Positions 19,145 through 28,132 of a stretch of DNA of 64,000 bases are shown in pieces (positions within the stretch are counted from its first letter, which is position 1; every line of letters starts with the position of its first letter). The notes below the pieces were generated by a model that saw nothing but the letters and a program-made list of their open reading frames with translations, searched no databases and was not told where the DNA came from. Source of the stretch: a virus; the IMG/VR virus record IMGVR_UViG_3300031965_000004, positions 30,430 to 94,429 of that record. One strand, written 5' to 3'. The position numbers and the translations under genes were made by a program.

Positions 19145-19310
19145 TCTCGACCCTCCACTCAGAGCGGGGCTGGCAGGACCTGCTCTGAGTGACCACTCCT
19201 CAGCCGAGGTGACGACCACCCAAACACCGGACGTGTCCACTACGGACTCGTTCGCGTTGTCGTCACGAAGGTGACCCGGACTCCGGGCCCTACAACTGAA
19301 GGAGGCTGTC

Positions 19311-20006
19311 ATGGCCCTGAAGATCGTTCCCATTCCGGCCGTTGGCGCGGTCGGCTCCCGCCCGCGGAAAGAGCCTATCTACGACACAGAGCGCTACACC
19401 GGTGGTGTCGCGCCTCCCACGTCGATCAGCCTCTTCAACAACTTCTCGGCGTTCAGCAACCCGCTGGGTGCGCTCCTCGTCGGCCCCGCGGTCGGTGGCA
19501 CGCTGACGAAGACGTTCTCGCGGGACACAAACCTCAGCGGGCAGCAGGGTTTGCCGGCAGCTCATCACCACTACTGGTTCGCGATGCGCTGCAAGATCCG
19601 CTCGATGGAGTGCGACCTGTCGCAAGCCACCGCGGCGCGGGTCCCCGAGCAGCTCAACCGCCTCCGCGAGCTGAGCGCGGTCCAGTTCCGGTTCGCCTCG
19701 AGCGAACTTTTCAACTGCCAACTGGACGAGATCCCGAACGGAACGGGACCCCAGCACATCGCCACGACGCACACCGGCGTCACGGCTCTGTCGCTGCCGA
19801 GCGGCGTCCCAACGCGCTCCAACGCCAAGGACGTCACGATCAGCGGCAAGCCCGTCGAGATCGTCGCGCTCGAAAGTTTTCGAGTGGACATTCTCACCGG
19901 CCAGGCCGGTGCGGACCCCCTCACGGGAACGGCGTTCAGCCTCATCACGGACCTCTACCTGACGATCGTGCTCGAGGGCCTGCTATTGCGCGGGATCACC
20001 GGCTGA
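19311..20006 (+). CDS. putative major capsid protein (single jelly-roll type)
   Basis: Strong AAGGAGG RBS and downstream terminator; beta-rich 231 aa with PIYDT...KT..DTNL...GLP pattern recalled from tailless-virus capsid proteins; fold is inferred. Confidence 0.55.
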   Translation: MALKIVPIPAVGAVGSRPRKEPIYDTERYTGGVAPPTSISLFNNFSAFSNPLGALLVGPAVGGTLTKTFSRDTNLSGQQGLPAAHHHYWFAMRCKIRSMECDLSQATAARVPEQLNRLRELSAVQFRFASSELFNCQLDEIPNGTGPQHIATTHTGVTALSLPSGVPTRSNAKDVTISGKPVEIVALESFRVDILTGQAGADPLTGTAFSLITDLYLTIVLEGLLLRGITG

Positions 20007-20043
20007 GGGTCTTCTTCAACCCATTGCGGGTTGGGGATTTACG

Positions 20044-20080
20044 AGAGAGGCTTCCTCGCTGAGGGAGCCTCTCTTCGTTT
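20044..20080 (+). terminator. intrinsic terminator-like hairpin
   Basis: AGAGAGGCTTCCTC-GCT-GAGGGAGCCTCTCT then TCGTTT. Confidence 0.6.
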
Positions 20081-20138
20081 GTGGAAGGTCTTCTTGTCGG
20101 ACCTGTGCCTATGCTTCCCGGTGGCCAGGGGAGGCGCT

Positions 20139-21740
20139 GTGGACAAGCAGAAACGCCGGCAGCGGAGACTCAAGATCAAGCCGCAGGGGTGCATGTCGCG
20201 AGATAAGGCGTGGCTGTTGGGCTTCATGGCGGGTGACGGAAACGTGAGCGTGGCAGAAGACGGCGGCGCCCATGTGTCAGCCAACTGCGGAGTCGCGGAG
20301 GACTCCGCCAACATGGCGCTGGCTGAGCGCGTTGCGGAGCTTTTCCGGAGGATCTACGACGTCCCCGCTCACGTCCGGGTTCAGTCCCGGGATCCGGGGC
20401 GCCTTCCTTACTGCCAGCCGATTCTTTATCGGCGGGCAGTCGCTGACGACATACTGTCGCACGGTCCGATCGGGACTTACGATTGGACCGTTCCGGCGGA
20501 GGTTCGGCGAGACAAGGAACTCGCTGGGGCGTGGCTGTCAGGCTTGTGGGACGCAGAAGGAAACGTCTCCCTTGATCCTGACGTCTCGAGGCGAACGGTC
20601 AGCGTCAGCAGCGTGAACGAGCTTGGTTTGCGCGTGGTGAAGGCCATGGTCGAGTCGCTCGGGATTCGCTGTTCGTGGCATACGGACGACGGCAAGTCCG
20701 AGAGGAGCCCCGGCTGCCTGCCGGAGAACAAGGTGATGGTGTGCAGCCAGGCAGCCATGGGGGGCTTCGCCGAGAAAATCGGGTTCACCCACCAGGGCAA
20801 GGCGGCGAGTTTGGCGAGCCTGCTCGCGAGCTATAGCCGCGAGGTGCCTAACCTCCTGTCGCACGAGGTTAGAGAGTTGCTCCCCGAGATTCTGAAGCGG
20901 CGCGCAGCGGGGGCCCCGTTCTCGGCCATAGCGACGGAGTTGCAGTTTTCAACGCCAGAGGTGGCCAAGGGAATGGTCAAGCGGGCGTCGAAAGCCGCAG
21001 GCAATCAGTGCCTGATTTGCCTCGAGCGTCCTGCAACGCATTCGATCCCGCGAGTCATCAAGGGGCGGTCTGGTAAATACGTCTGCGAGCCGTGCCTGGT
21101 CTCTCTTGAGCCTGCCGAGGCTGTCCCCGAGTGGGGCGACGAGCTCGTGAAGCAGTCCGCGCGAAAGGTCGCTGACTTCTTGGACGAGCACCATTACCTC
21201 GGGCGTCGCGGCGGCGTGAGCGACTTCGCACTGCGCAACGCGGCCGGCGTCCTCGTCTTCTCACGCCGGCCGCAAGCAGCCGGCTTGCCGCGGGATTGGT
21301 TGGAACTGTCTCGGTGGTGCCTGGTCCCGGGCGGCGTCAACGTAGGCACCGCTCAGTGGGCGCAGGTCAAGCGCTGGTTGCTCGAGAACACGGACGCATC
21401 GACCGTCGTCAGCTACAGCGATCCGGCCCGACACGACGGGGCGATCTACCGGGCCGCCGGGTGGCTCTGGGCGCCTTCGTCCAGCTTCCTCTTGAAGAAC
21501 ATGAAATTGAGCGGAGAGCGCTACCCAGAGAAGCCCTACACCGACAAGAACCGCTGGGTCTACCCGCTCAGGCGAGACGAGCGCCGGGCTGAGGCGTTGA
21601 CCGTCCGAAACCCGTGGCTCTGCAACAGCGAGCGCTACAAGTTCCTGTGCGACTGGCCCGAGCCGACGTGGAAGCGCGGCCGAGCTACAGGAGGGGGCAA
21701 GGACTACAAGCGCTGGAAGGCGCTTCTCGCTTCTCGCTAG
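20139..21740 (+). CDS. LAGLIDADG endonuclease fused to Zn-finger and Mom-like (GNAT) DNA-modification domain
   Basis: WLLGFMAGDGNV and WLSGLWDAEGNV; CLIC/CEPC; HHYLG...LELSRW...VSYSDPARHDGAIYRAAGW; GTG with GGAGG RBS. Confidence 0.75.
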   Translation: MDKQKRRQRRLKIKPQGCMSRDKAWLLGFMAGDGNVSVAEDGGAHVSANCGVAEDSANMALAERVAELFRRIYDVPAHVRVQSRDPGRLPYCQPILYRRAVADDILSHGPIGTYDWTVPAEVRRDKELAGAWLSGLWDAEGNVSLDPDVSRRTVSVSSVNELGLRVVKAMVESLGIRCSWHTDDGKSERSPGCLPENKVMVCSQAAMGGFAEKIGFTHQGKAASLASLLASYSREVPNLLSHEVRELLPEILKRRAAGAPFSAIATELQFSTPEVAKGMVKRASKAAGNQCLICLERPATHSIPRVIKGRSGKYVCEPCLVSLEPAEAVPEWGDELVKQSARKVADFLDEHHYLGRRGGVSDFALRNAAGVLVFSRRPQAAGLPRDWLELSRWCLVPGGVNVGTAQWAQVKRWLLENTDASTVVSYSDPARHDGAIYRAAGWLWAPSSSFLLKNMKLSGERYPEKPYTDKNRWVYPLRRDERRAEALTVRNPWLCNSERYKFLCDWPEPTWKRGRATGGGKDYKRWKALLASR

Positions 21741-21766
21741 GCGTCAGAGGAGCCAATTCCCCCCTC

Positions 21767-21794
21767 GCGCTACCTCGGGGGGGGAGGCTACGAT
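21767..21794 (+). promoter_or_regulatory. putative virus-specific promoter GCGCTAC-N15-TACGAT
   Basis: Intergenic; same spacing as the other copies. Confidence 0.6.
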
Positions 21795-21850
21795 TCAAGG
21801 GCCGGAGCCTCGAGCTCCAATGCTTTCGCACCCAGCCCCTTCGGAGCACC

Positions 21851-23155
21851 ATGACGACACAAGCATCTGAAGACTGCTGCTCACTGTGCGGGCCGTTGGC
21901 GAGCATTCAGCCCACGGTCATGACGGAGCAGGGCGAGAAGCTGAACCCTCTGTTCGGCATGGTGAAGCAGTTCACGCTCACGTCGGAGACGGTGAGTCTG
22001 GCCGCTGGCGAACGAACCGATCTCAGCCTCGTCGTCGAGGCCGAAGAAAACGACCTGGGCGACCTCGTCGTCTCCGAGCTCATTGTGCAGGGCGTGCCCG
22101 CCACGGCTCGCTTTGCGATCCAAATCAAGTCGCGCCAGAACGACAAGATTTTCAGCAACGTGCTGATCCAAGACCGGTTCATTGCGACCAATGCGCAGCT
22201 CTGCGACCGGCTCCCGTGCTGCTTCTTCATTCGCGCGACGCAGTTCCTCCAGGTCACGGTCGAGAACCTCGAGGCCGTCTCCGCCACGTTCAAGCTGGGC
22301 GCGCGCGGGACCCGGTTTCTGCCCTACGGCGCCGAGCAATACCGGGCTCAGCTCCTGAGCTACTACAACCAGCAGCGCAAGACGCCGTTCTGGCTCGGGA
22401 TTGATCGCGTCCAGGGGACGGCGGTCACGCTCGTGGCCGGCGGAGGCGTGTCCATCCCAGCGAACACGCTCGCGACCGTCTTCATGACCGTGCCCGGCGG
22501 CGGAGACTTCGTTGCGGAGGGGCGCCCGCTCGCGATCGTCGACGGCGGCCCAGCCGACGAGATCACCTGCCAGTTCAAGGAGGGCGCGTCGGGCCGAGCC
22601 CTGAGCAACGAGCGCCAACCCCTGGGGACGTTCGTCGCCAAGGTCAACTCGGCCGTGACCGGACTTCAGGGAGGGGAACTGCGCGCCGCGGCCCTGCGGG
22701 GCTGCAAGATCCGCCAGTTCTTCAAACGCAACACTCGCCTTCGCGTCGAGCTCGAGAACACGGCCGGTGGCGCCCGCACGGTCTTCCTGGCCTGGCCAGG
22801 CTGCATGCTCTACTACGACGAGTGCGGGGCGGGCGGCGGCATGGGCCAGGCACGTAGCCTCGAGCCGGTGATCGGGCCGAACTTGATGCACGTCCCAGCC
22901 TGCCCACCCATGGTCGCGTTCGACCCGCAGGCGGGACCGCAGCCGGCAGGGCTGCCGCAAGGCGTCGCGCCGGGCCAGTTCCTCCCAGGCGGAGGGGCCA
23001 CGACAGGTGACGGTCAGCGAACGACCATGCAGCAGTTCCTCCAGAGCCAACAGGGCCAATACGCCCGGAAGACGTGGAACGCGGAGAATCTCCGCGCGCA
23101 CGGCTACATGCAGGGCATGGGCGGGGGCGTCCAACTGCCTGACGGGGGTCGGTAG
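21851..23155 (+). CDS. putative double jelly-roll-like capsid protein (two tandem homologous beta domains)
   Basis: Internal repeat GDLVV..IKSRQNDKIFSN..FFIRATQFLQVTVENL..TFKLGARG vs GDFVA..FKEGASGRALSN..FFKRNTRLRVELENT..TVFLAWPG; C-terminal GMG tail. Confidence 0.55.
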   Translation: MTTQASEDCCSLCGPLASIQPTVMTEQGEKLNPLFGMVKQFTLTSETVSLAAGERTDLSLVVEAEENDLGDLVVSELIVQGVPATARFAIQIKSRQNDKIFSNVLIQDRFIATNAQLCDRLPCCFFIRATQFLQVTVENLEAVSATFKLGARGTRFLPYGAEQYRAQLLSYYNQQRKTPFWLGIDRVQGTAVTLVAGGGVSIPANTLATVFMTVPGGGDFVAEGRPLAIVDGGPADEITCQFKEGASGRALSNERQPLGTFVAKVNSAVTGLQGGELRAAALRGCKIRQFFKRNTRLRVELENTAGGARTVFLAWPGCMLYYDECGAGGGMGQARSLEPVIGPNLMHVPACPPMVAFDPQAGPQPAGLPQGVAPGQFLPGGGATTGDGQRTTMQQFLQSQQGQYARKTWNAENLRAHGYMQGMGGGVQLPDGGR

Positions 23156-23163
23156 GGAACCTC

Positions 23164-23874
23164 GTGCCGGCCCCGTTCTACAACCCCAAGCTCCCCCAGG
23201 GCTTCACCGGTCCTCCCGCTGGGTATCACCCCATGCCGGTCCCGTTCCACTTGCCGGGCGGACCCTACCCAGCACCTCAGGGGCAGGACGAGGACTGCGA
23301 ACTCCCGACCTCCAACCTGGCGCCCCACTTCCACGCGCCGCTCAACTCGAGCACGATCAACTTCAAGATCCGCGCCGTCATCAACGTGAACGTGGCGGAC
23401 GACGCGGCGGCCAACGCGGCGGGGATCGCGCTCGCGGCGGCGGAGAACGCGATCAACCCGGCCGGGGCCGAGCTGCTCACCGCCGCGGCCGGCGCCGCTG
23501 GCGTCCCGATCCCGATCCCGTCGGCGAACTACCGGACCCCGTCTGGGTTCACGACGATCGTCAACCGCTGGGGGGTCCGGGCGATCAACGCCGACGACTC
23601 GGCTGTGGTCGTGCGCCACAACGTCGACAAGGGGCCCAACGCCGGTTCGTTCTCGCCGATCCCAGGCTTGGGAGGGACGGGCGCCGACCTTCAGGAGCCG
23701 ACGCTGCTCGTGATCCCAGACAACGGCTCGCTCAACTTCTCGATCGGCAACCGAGACGCGGCAGCTCCGCTCTTGGTCGAGATCGCTTGGAGCGGGTGGC
23801 GAATCCCGGCCTCCTTCAAGGGCACGCTTCGCAGCCTGACCCGCGACGGCAATCTCGGATACGGGTGCGCGTAG
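23164..23874 (+). CDS. putative jelly-roll minor capsid / penton-like protein
   Basis: Beta-rich YRTPSG...LVIPDNGSLNFSIGN...VEIAWSGW; position in the capsid cluster. Confidence 0.45.
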   Translation: MPAPFYNPKLPQGFTGPPAGYHPMPVPFHLPGGPYPAPQGQDEDCELPTSNLAPHFHAPLNSSTINFKIRAVINVNVADDAAANAAGIALAAAENAINPAGAELLTAAAGAAGVPIPIPSANYRTPSGFTTIVNRWGVRAINADDSAVVVRHNVDKGPNAGSFSPIPGLGGTGADLQEPTLLVIPDNGSLNFSIGNRDAAAPLLVEIAWSGWRIPASFKGTLRSLTRDGNLGYGCA

Positions 23875-24197
23875 TGGGGATCCAGGCCAAATACCTACCG
23901 CCTGTCGCGGGTCTCGCCGCTGCCGCCGTTGTCACGGGGAAGTTCTCCGCCAACACGGCCGATCGCGTGCGAGGCGCCTTCGTGACGGACGCCGCGGGGA
24001 CGTTGGTCCTTCGCTGGCATTCCGAGACGGGCGTCCTGCTCCTCGAATACACGGTCCCCGTGGACGTGGCACAGACACACGCGCTCGTCTATCACTTCGA
24101 CGTGATCCGCCAGGGCTACTACTTCACCTACGAATTCACCCAGGGGGGGGCTCCCTCCACTTTCCTCCAGGCGGAAGTCGCCGCCCTAACTGATTGA
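23865..24197 (+). CDS. putative virion beta-protein
   Basis: GTG start overlapping the previous gene; beta-rich. Confidence 0.5.
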   Translation: MRVVGIQAKYLPPVAGLAAAAVVTGKFSANTADRVRGAFVTDAAGTLVLRWHSETGVLLLEYTVPVDVAQTHALVYHFDVIRQGYYFTYEFTQGGAPSTFLQAEVAALTD

Positions 24198-24215
24198 CGC
24201 CTAAGGAGAAACACC

Positions 24216-24590
24216 ATGGCAAACACGCTGACCCTCATTGAGGCAACTCCCAACTCACTCTGCTACCGCATGGTCGAGGCCGCGACCGCGGCTGCGGTCC
24301 TGACGACCGACGTCGCCGGCGACCTCGTCGCAGGCCCGCTGCAAGACCTCCTGACGGCGAGCTACGCCAGCCAGGCCCTCGCCAGAACGGCCTGGGAAGC
24401 GGCGGTCGACGTCTCGGTCCAAGCTCGGATCAACACGCCGGCCGGCGGGACCGGGGGCGTGACGCCCACGATCGACCAGAACGTGGCGGCGACCGCGTTC
24501 CGCCTCGAGACCAACAGTGCGAAGGCCGCCAACGGGGACGTCGCGACGTTCGTGCTGCGGTTCTCGTTCCGCCACTCGATCGTCGACTAG
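24216..24590 (+). CDS. putative virion protein
   Basis: AAGGAG RBS; C-terminus FSFRHSIVD resembles VFLRHSEIQ of 26146-26499. Confidence 0.65.
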   Translation: MANTLTLIEATPNSLCYRMVEAATAAAVLTTDVAGDLVAGPLQDLLTASYASQALARTAWEAAVDVSVQARINTPAGGTGGVTPTIDQNVAATAFRLETNSAKAANGDVATFVLRFSFRHSIVD

Positions 24591-24618
24591 GCCCAACACG
24601 TCCACCTTAGGACGGCGG

Positions 24619-24657
24619 AGGGGGTGGGCCGGGTGACCAGCCCACCCCCTTTGCTTT
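24619..24657 (+). terminator. intrinsic terminator-like hairpin
   Basis: AGGGGGTGGGC...GCCCACCCCCT then TTGCTTT. Confidence 0.6.
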
Positions 24658-24670
24658 AGGAGAGATCACA

Positions 24671-25222
24671 ATGGCAATGTTTCTTGTTCCAGCAGGAGCT
24701 CCGGGGGCAGACGGTGCGGACGGCGCGGATGGCGCAGACGGTGCGGATGGCGCAGACGGCGCGGCCGGCGCGAACGGGCAGGCCTTTCTCGCTGGCGCTG
24801 TTGTGGCGTTGCCCAACGGGTCCCCCACTGTGGCGTCACCTGGGGCAGTGCTCACGCTCTCGTCGGTGGTCAACGACCCAAACGGCATGAGCGACGGAAC
24901 CGGTCTCGTGATCCCCGAGACCGGCGTCTGGGAGATTCAGGGCTTCGTTCTCTACGCGGCTGCAAACGACGCCCTCGGACGTCATTGTGAGGTGCTTGTC
25001 GACGGAGTCGTCTTGAAGCAAGACTGGCGAACCGCCCCGACTGTGGTGAGCGGCACAAAGGCCACAAGCCCGCACGTCACCGTTCAGGCCCTACTGACGG
25101 TGGGGGCCGTGGTCACGCTCCGGGCGTTCCACGACGTCTCCGTCTCGGCAACGATCACGGGCACGGGCGGCACGGCGGACCCTTACCAGGGGACGCACCT
25201 CTCAGCTATGCGCGTCGCTTAG
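24671..25222 (+). CDS. collagen-like / C1q(TNF)-like fibre protein
   Basis: (GAD)n Gly-X-Y repeat then IPETGVWEIQG...LTVGAVVTL beta domain. Confidence 0.65.
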   Translation: MAMFLVPAGAPGADGADGADGADGADGADGAAGANGQAFLAGAVVALPNGSPTVASPGAVLTLSSVVNDPNGMSDGTGLVIPETGVWEIQGFVLYAAANDALGRHCEVLVDGVVLKQDWRTAPTVVSGTKATSPHVTVQALLTVGAVVTLRAFHDVSVSATITGTGGTADPYQGTHLSAMRVA

Positions 25223-25245
25223 ACTCAAGGGGCTGGGAGCCCGCC

Positions 25246-25431
25246 ATGAACCTGACTTGCTCGCCCTGTGACCGCCCTATGACGTTGATCTACCAGGCGA
25301 AGGACGCTCGAGGCGTGGACACGTTCACGTTTCACTGCGAGGGGTGTTCGGGTCGGGTCGGCGTCCAGAACGCCAAGGCGAAGCCTCCTCGCCCCAAGCC
25401 GCTCCCCGTGCCGTTTGTGCGCGTGAGGTGA
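25246..25431 (+). CDS. small Zn-ribbon protein
   Basis: CSPC and CEGC; coupled to the recombinase. Confidence 0.5.
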   Translation: MNLTCSPCDRPMTLIYQAKDARGVDTFTFHCEGCSGRVGVQNAKAKPPRPKPLPVPFVRVR

Positions 25432-26192
25432 AGTCGGCCGTCCTCTACTTGCGCGTCTCGACGCAGCTCCAAGAGCGCGAGGGCGCCTCGCTCGACGCCC
25501 AGGAGGACGCTTGCCGGCGCTACGCCGCGAGCCGAGGGCTCGCCGTGGCCGGGGTGATCCGAGAGCAGGTCTCGGGGCGCAAAGAGACGCTCGCGCGCCC
25601 CGGGCTGCTCGAGGCGATCGACTACCTCGAGCGGGGGGAGGCGACCCACTTCGTCGTGTGGAGCCTCGATCGCTTCGCCCGCAACGTCCATAGCGCGACC
25701 GACTTGATTCACCGCTACTTCGGCGAGGGGCGCGACTACGACTTGCTCGTGGCCACGGAGGAGATCGACACCCGCACGGCCGGTGGCCGGATGCAACTCC
25801 ACATTCGCCTGGCAATCGCCCAATACGAGGCGGAGTTGACGAGTGAGCGCATTCGGGCCACGAAGCGGTTTCTGCGCGCGTCCGGGTGCTACCAGGGGGG
25901 CAAGGTCCCCTACGGGTATCGCGTCGGGAAGGGCACGCGGAACGGTTCCCGCCGGCTGGTGTCGCACCGCCGGGAACAGGCGATTCTGCGCCTTGCGTGC
26001 AAGCTCCGCCAGTCGGGTCTGTCCTTGCGCCAGTCGGCAGCCCTAATGGAAACTAAGGGGGTGACGAATCGCAAAGGGCGACGGTTCGACTCTCGCCAGA
26101 TCAAGCGAATGGTCGACGCCGCCCACCTCGAGAAGGACTCCCTGGATGGCCATTCCCGACGCCACGCTGAAGCCGACCGGAGCACGGCCTGA
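25428..26192 (+). CDS. serine recombinase (resolvase family)
   Basis: YLRVST (catalytic Ser), SG...RPGL, LDRFAR, EAELTSERIR, GGKVPYGY. Confidence 0.9.
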   Translation: MKSAVLYLRVSTQLQEREGASLDAQEDACRRYAASRGLAVAGVIREQVSGRKETLARPGLLEAIDYLERGEATHFVVWSLDRFARNVHSATDLIHRYFGEGRDYDLLVATEEIDTRTAGGRMQLHIRLAIAQYEAELTSERIRATKRFLRASGCYQGGKVPYGYRVGKGTRNGSRRLVSHRREQAILRLACKLRQSGLSLRQSAALMETKGVTNRKGRRFDSRQIKRMVDAAHLEKDSLDGHSRRHAEADRSTA

Positions 26193-26499
26193 GGGAGTGT
26201 TGCTTCACGTCGCCGAGGCGATCGGTTCCCCGGTCAACGGCCTGAACGTGGTCGGGATCCCGTTTGTCGACGTCGGGGTCTCGCCGGTCGCCTTCGACGA
26301 AGCCTACCTGGAGGTCCGCGGGCGCCCGCTGCAAGTCAACAGCTCCGTCACCTTCATGACCGAGGGCATTCACCCGACGCCGCTCGAGGTGGGGGGCGCG
26401 CTCGCGGCTGACAAGCGCTCGATCGCCCTCAACTTCACGCAGGCCGGCGCCGATCAGGTGATCCTGCAAGTGTTCTTGCGCCACTCGGAGATCCAGTAA
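26146..26499 (+). CDS. putative virion protein
   Basis: Beta-rich; in the structural operon. Confidence 0.6.
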   Translation: MAIPDATLKPTGARPEGVLLHVAEAIGSPVNGLNVVGIPFVDVGVSPVAFDEAYLEVRGRPLQVNSSVTFMTEGIHPTPLEVGGALAADKRSIALNFTQAGADQVILQVFLRHSEIQ

Positions 26500-27167
26500 T
26501 GGCCAAGCGCATGCTCGTGCATTGGGGCGGAGGAAGCGGGGACAGCCCCTTCGAGGCAGCGTTGACGCTTCTCACCGCGACCCCCATAGAGATCGGGGCG
26601 GACCTCGCGAGTCCGACCTTCAACGCGGCCTACGCTGGAGGCGTGGAGACGTTCGCGGAGCTGTCGGACGACGACGGCAACCCCGTTCAAGACGTGCTCG
26701 GCTCAGCTAACCCGATCACCCGGGCGTTCACCTACAACAAGACGGTGGTCGGAGACACGGTCACCTTCACGTTGACGGCCAACGACGGCGGCCCGAACGT
26801 CACGGACGCGGAGGTGGCGACGTGGCTTCCCCGGCTCTACTACGGGGTGGACGCAAACGCGGCGCTGGCGACCGAGGCAGACATTGAGGCGCTTGCCAAC
26901 AGTCTCCTCGGCGCGGACAAGGCGCTGAGCACGACTCTGGCTCCGGTCGCGGAATACATCTACTACGCCTTCCCGGTGTCGTTCGCAGCAGCCGCGCTGG
27001 ACTTCCAGTTCGGGGCCTTCCCGGGCGGGTTCACGCAGGTCGTCGCGTCGGTGCCAGTCACAGCAAACACGGCTGGCGCTCCGACGCTGAACTACCAGAT
27101 TTGGCGCAGCACGTTCGCGCAGGACACGACGGTCACGGGGCCGCTGGCCTTCAACGTGGCGGCGTAG
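26499..27167 (+). CDS. putative virion protein (Ig-like)
   Basis: VTFTLTA...RLYYG...YIYYAFP pattern. Confidence 0.6.
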   Translation: MAKRMLVHWGGGSGDSPFEAALTLLTATPIEIGADLASPTFNAAYAGGVETFAELSDDDGNPVQDVLGSANPITRAFTYNKTVVGDTVTFTLTANDGGPNVTDAEVATWLPRLYYGVDANAALATEADIEALANSLLGADKALSTTLAPVAEYIYYAFPVSFAAAALDFQFGAFPGGFTQVVASVPVTANTAGAPTLNYQIWRSTFAQDTTVTGPLAFNVAA

Positions 27168-27177
27168 GGGAGACGGC

Positions 27178-27849
27178 ATGGCTTCAGTCGATCCAGGCCC
27201 AGGGTTCCAGGCGGGCGACACCGCGATTCCGTCCACGCTCGGCTCGACCGGCGTCGGGGCGCCCGTCGTCCGCGCGTCCGACTTGCTCGGCAGTCACCGG
27301 ACCGTGGACGCGATCGTCGACCGCGACGCGATCCCTGCCACGTTCCGTGACGAAGGCATGACGGTTTGGATCACGACGACGCTCGAGCTCTACCGCCTCG
27401 TGGGCGGGCTCCTCAACGCCAACTGGATCCTCGAGGGATCGGTCGCGTCGGGTGTCATTCTCGTGCGCGACTACGTGGCGGGCGTCGTCGTCCGCGACGT
27501 GGTCTACAAGAACGGGGTCGCGAACGAGGTCGACCGCGCGGACGCGAGCGCGCCCGCGACCGGCGACCCGGAGGGCGTCGTGCGGGCCCTCGACTCCCCC
27601 ATAGTCGGCCAATGCCTCGTGGCGACGGAGGGCATTGACGTGCCGGGCTTCGCTGGGTTGGTGATCGGCGAAGACTACATTCTCTCCACCACGCCTGGCG
27701 GGATTGTCGGCGTGACCGACACGGGCAACGGTGCCTACCCGGCCTACCTCACCCCGGGCAGCGGCGAGGTTCTGGCTCCGGTCGGCAAGGCAGCCGACGC
27801 GACCATTCTGCGAGCCAATGCGACGCGCGGAATCCAGTTGGTCGGCTAG
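27178..27849 (+). CDS. putative virion / spike-base protein
   Basis: RDAIPATFRDEGMTVW and GLVIGEDYILSTTPG resemble phage structural domains. Confidence 0.6.
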   Translation: MASVDPGPGFQAGDTAIPSTLGSTGVGAPVVRASDLLGSHRTVDAIVDRDAIPATFRDEGMTVWITTTLELYRLVGGLLNANWILEGSVASGVILVRDYVAGVVVRDVVYKNGVANEVDRADASAPATGDPEGVVRALDSPIVGQCLVATEGIDVPGFAGLVIGEDYILSTTPGGIVGVTDTGNGAYPAYLTPGSGEVLAPVGKAADATILRANATRGIQLVG

Positions 27850-28130
27850 TGAGCTTCGACGCTGGCGCTCGAGTCGAGGTGAGGGCGAAGCAGGCCCTTG
27901 CGTGGCGGGCGGGGGTCGTCCGCCACGTTCCCGGTGACGCGCACGTTGACTGCGCGCTTGGCTGCTACGCCGTCGAGCTCGACGTGCCCGTCACCGCCAA
28001 CGACTGGACGGGCACGGCGCGGCGCTACGGGGGCGAGGCTTTGGTCGGCGGCCCCGGCAACCTCGTCTTCGTCAACCAGGTCTCAATCAAGCTGTTCCCA
28101 GGCGAACTCATAAGAAGTGAAGGCGGCTAG
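27849..28130 (+). CDS. hypothetical protein
   Basis: Coupled ORF. Confidence 0.5.
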   Translation: MSFDAGARVEVRAKQALAWRAGVVRHVPGDAHVDCALGCYAVELDVPVTANDWTGTARRYGGEALVGGPGNLVFVNQVSIKLFPGELIRSEGG

Positions 28131-28132
28131 CC

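Noticed and set aside
20139-21000. Intein or group I intron in the capsid gene
   Set aside because: Capsid ORF ends with a stop and terminator; no Hint motifs (N-terminal Cys/Ser block, C-terminal HN) seen
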